The translations under genes were made by a program, and so were the position numbers. Under the pieces are notes generated by a model. The model was not told the origin of the DNA. It ran no database searches and was given only the letters and a program-made list of their open reading frames with translations. A stretch of DNA of 64,000 nt from Octopus vulgaris (lineage: Eukaryota), in assembly GCA_951406725.2 (NCBI GenBank), contig OX597827.1:39618001-39682000 (forward strand), read 5' to 3'. This document shows, one piece after another, positions 62,541 to 64,000 of the stretch. The stretch's first letter is position 1. Each line of letters starts with the position of its first letter.

Positions 62541-62920
62541 ATTAGACTAATAGGTGTAAGTGTTCCCACTGATAAAACTATATCTGTAAAGGAATTTGAT
62601 AGATTAAGTAAATATAAGGACCTGGAAATTGAAATACAAAAGATGTGGTATCTTAAAGCAAGAACTGTTCCTGTTATTGTGGGTGCTCTAGGTATGATAA
62701 GAAAGGGATGTCAGTACTGCCCACATCCTTAGAAAAACCCTATCAGTTTAAATGTATGTATTGTATTACATGAAGGTATTTCACTACTGCCCTTGCTACT
62801 TCCCCTCCCCAAGCTTTCATTCATACTGTAACATCTCTTATCCTTCACTCGTCCTAGGATTCTGGGTGTATCCTAGGCAAGTGATTGTAACAAACATGCA
62901 GATTAAAAGTAAATAATAAT
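62541..62920 (+). mobile_element. 5'-truncated R4/Dong-type LINE: restriction-like endonuclease C-terminus and 3' UTR
   Basis: 62547-62714 translates LIGVSVPTDKTISVKEFDRLSKYKDLEIEIQKMWYLKARTVPVIVGALGMIRKGCQ; after a deletion/frameshift TAHILRKTLSV* (stop 62749-62751). KYxDL and PVIVGALG are RLE motifs; (AAT)n on both sides. Confidence 0.88.
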
Positions 62921-63150
62921 AATGGTTTAAATTTTGGCATAAGGCCAGCAATTTTAGGAGAGGAAAGAAGTCAATTATATCAACCCCAGTGCTCAACTGC
63001 TACATATTTCATCAATTACTTATTTCCACAACCTAAAAGGCTGAAAGGCAAAGTCAGCCTTCATAGAATTTGAACTCAGACTGCAAAGAGCCAGAAAAAT
63101 ATGCTACTAAGCATTTTCTCCAACATGCTAATGATTCTGCCAGCTAGCAG
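62920..63150 (-). mobile_element. SINE family A
   Basis: Shares the (AAT)n tract with the Dong fragment, tail to tail. Confidence 0.8.
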
Positions 63151-64000
63151 CTTTAGTGATAATAATAATAATAATAATAATAATAGTTACTATTTAACAT
63201 TTACCACAAGCACATATACTGCATATCTAAGTGGGAGGAGAGAATATGACAAAGAGAATACGAAAGAAAAGAAAATTTATAGTCATTAAAAAAAATAAGA
63301 GATTCACACATTAGTACAAGGTGACACATTTCATGGGAAGAACAAAGACAATTAAGTTGGCTCCAGTATTTGGCAGGTATTTTTTATAGATCCACCCACA
63401 CTGAATGATAAAAGGCAACGTGAACCTTCATGGGCTTTGATCTCAGAACATAAAGAAAGCTAACTAACCATCACGTGTATTTCTCAATGCACTATAAATT
63501 CTGTCAAGCCATCGGCCCCTGTAATGGAAAGTGCAATCTGTATATCATCAGTATTAGCACCATTACAATAGGTTTCATATCCATTTTACCATAATGGTAA
63601 TCAGCAAGACAAGTCTATGGAACAAGAACCACTTACTACCATGAGAGAGAGCTAATGAGAGGGAACTAACAAGAGGGTCTCTATAAAGTCACTAAACCTG
63701 CTAGAAATAGCAGCCAAATCTCCCTCCAGTCATCATCATCATTTAGCGTCTACTTTCCATGCTGGCATGGGTTAGATGGTTTGACTGAAACTGATAAGCT
63801 GGAAAGCTGCACCAAGTTCCAGTTTGATTTGGCATGGTTTCTATGGCTGGATGCCCTTCCTAATGACAACCACTCCAAGCATGTAATGAGTGCTTTTCAA
63901 AGAAACAACATAATAAATCAGAAATATTAAATTTCTAAATCTCTCATAGAGATATGTATGGTGGTGGGGGCGATAGAATAGTTGTATACTGTCAATCTAA

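Noticed and set aside
1-64000. Nearly all ORFs in the supplied track
   Set aside because: They are translations of microsatellites (YIYI, CVCV, SLSL, THTH) or recurrent SINE sequence, with no domain content.

Overview
AT-rich, repeat-dense eukaryotic DNA. The SINE, LINE and microsatellite repertoire looks like an Octopus (coleoid cephalopod) genome; this is my inference and was not database-checked. No ORF in the track is a credible intact gene. Most of the window consists of three tRNA-derived SINE families, RTE-type tails, fossil R4/Dong, RTE and CR1-like LINE fragments, a Helitron, hAT/Tc1/other MITEs, Penelope-like pieces with hammerhead-ribozyme-like motifs, and micro/minisatellites. The main candidate biology is a large minus-strand gene, invisible to the ORF track, that may cross the window as a chain of tiny exons (42, 33, 11, 3, 12 and 33 nt). 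Each sits in a unique-sequence island with splice signals. They join into one stop-free frame that is phase-compatible with an internal CpG-rich promoter and alternative first exon at about 20.2-21.3 kb. A second theme is a (TAA)n-nesting retroelement community: a Dong-type LINE, an unclassified ~556-bp non-coding element and SINE arrays. All exon calls are from visual inspection and need RNA-seq.
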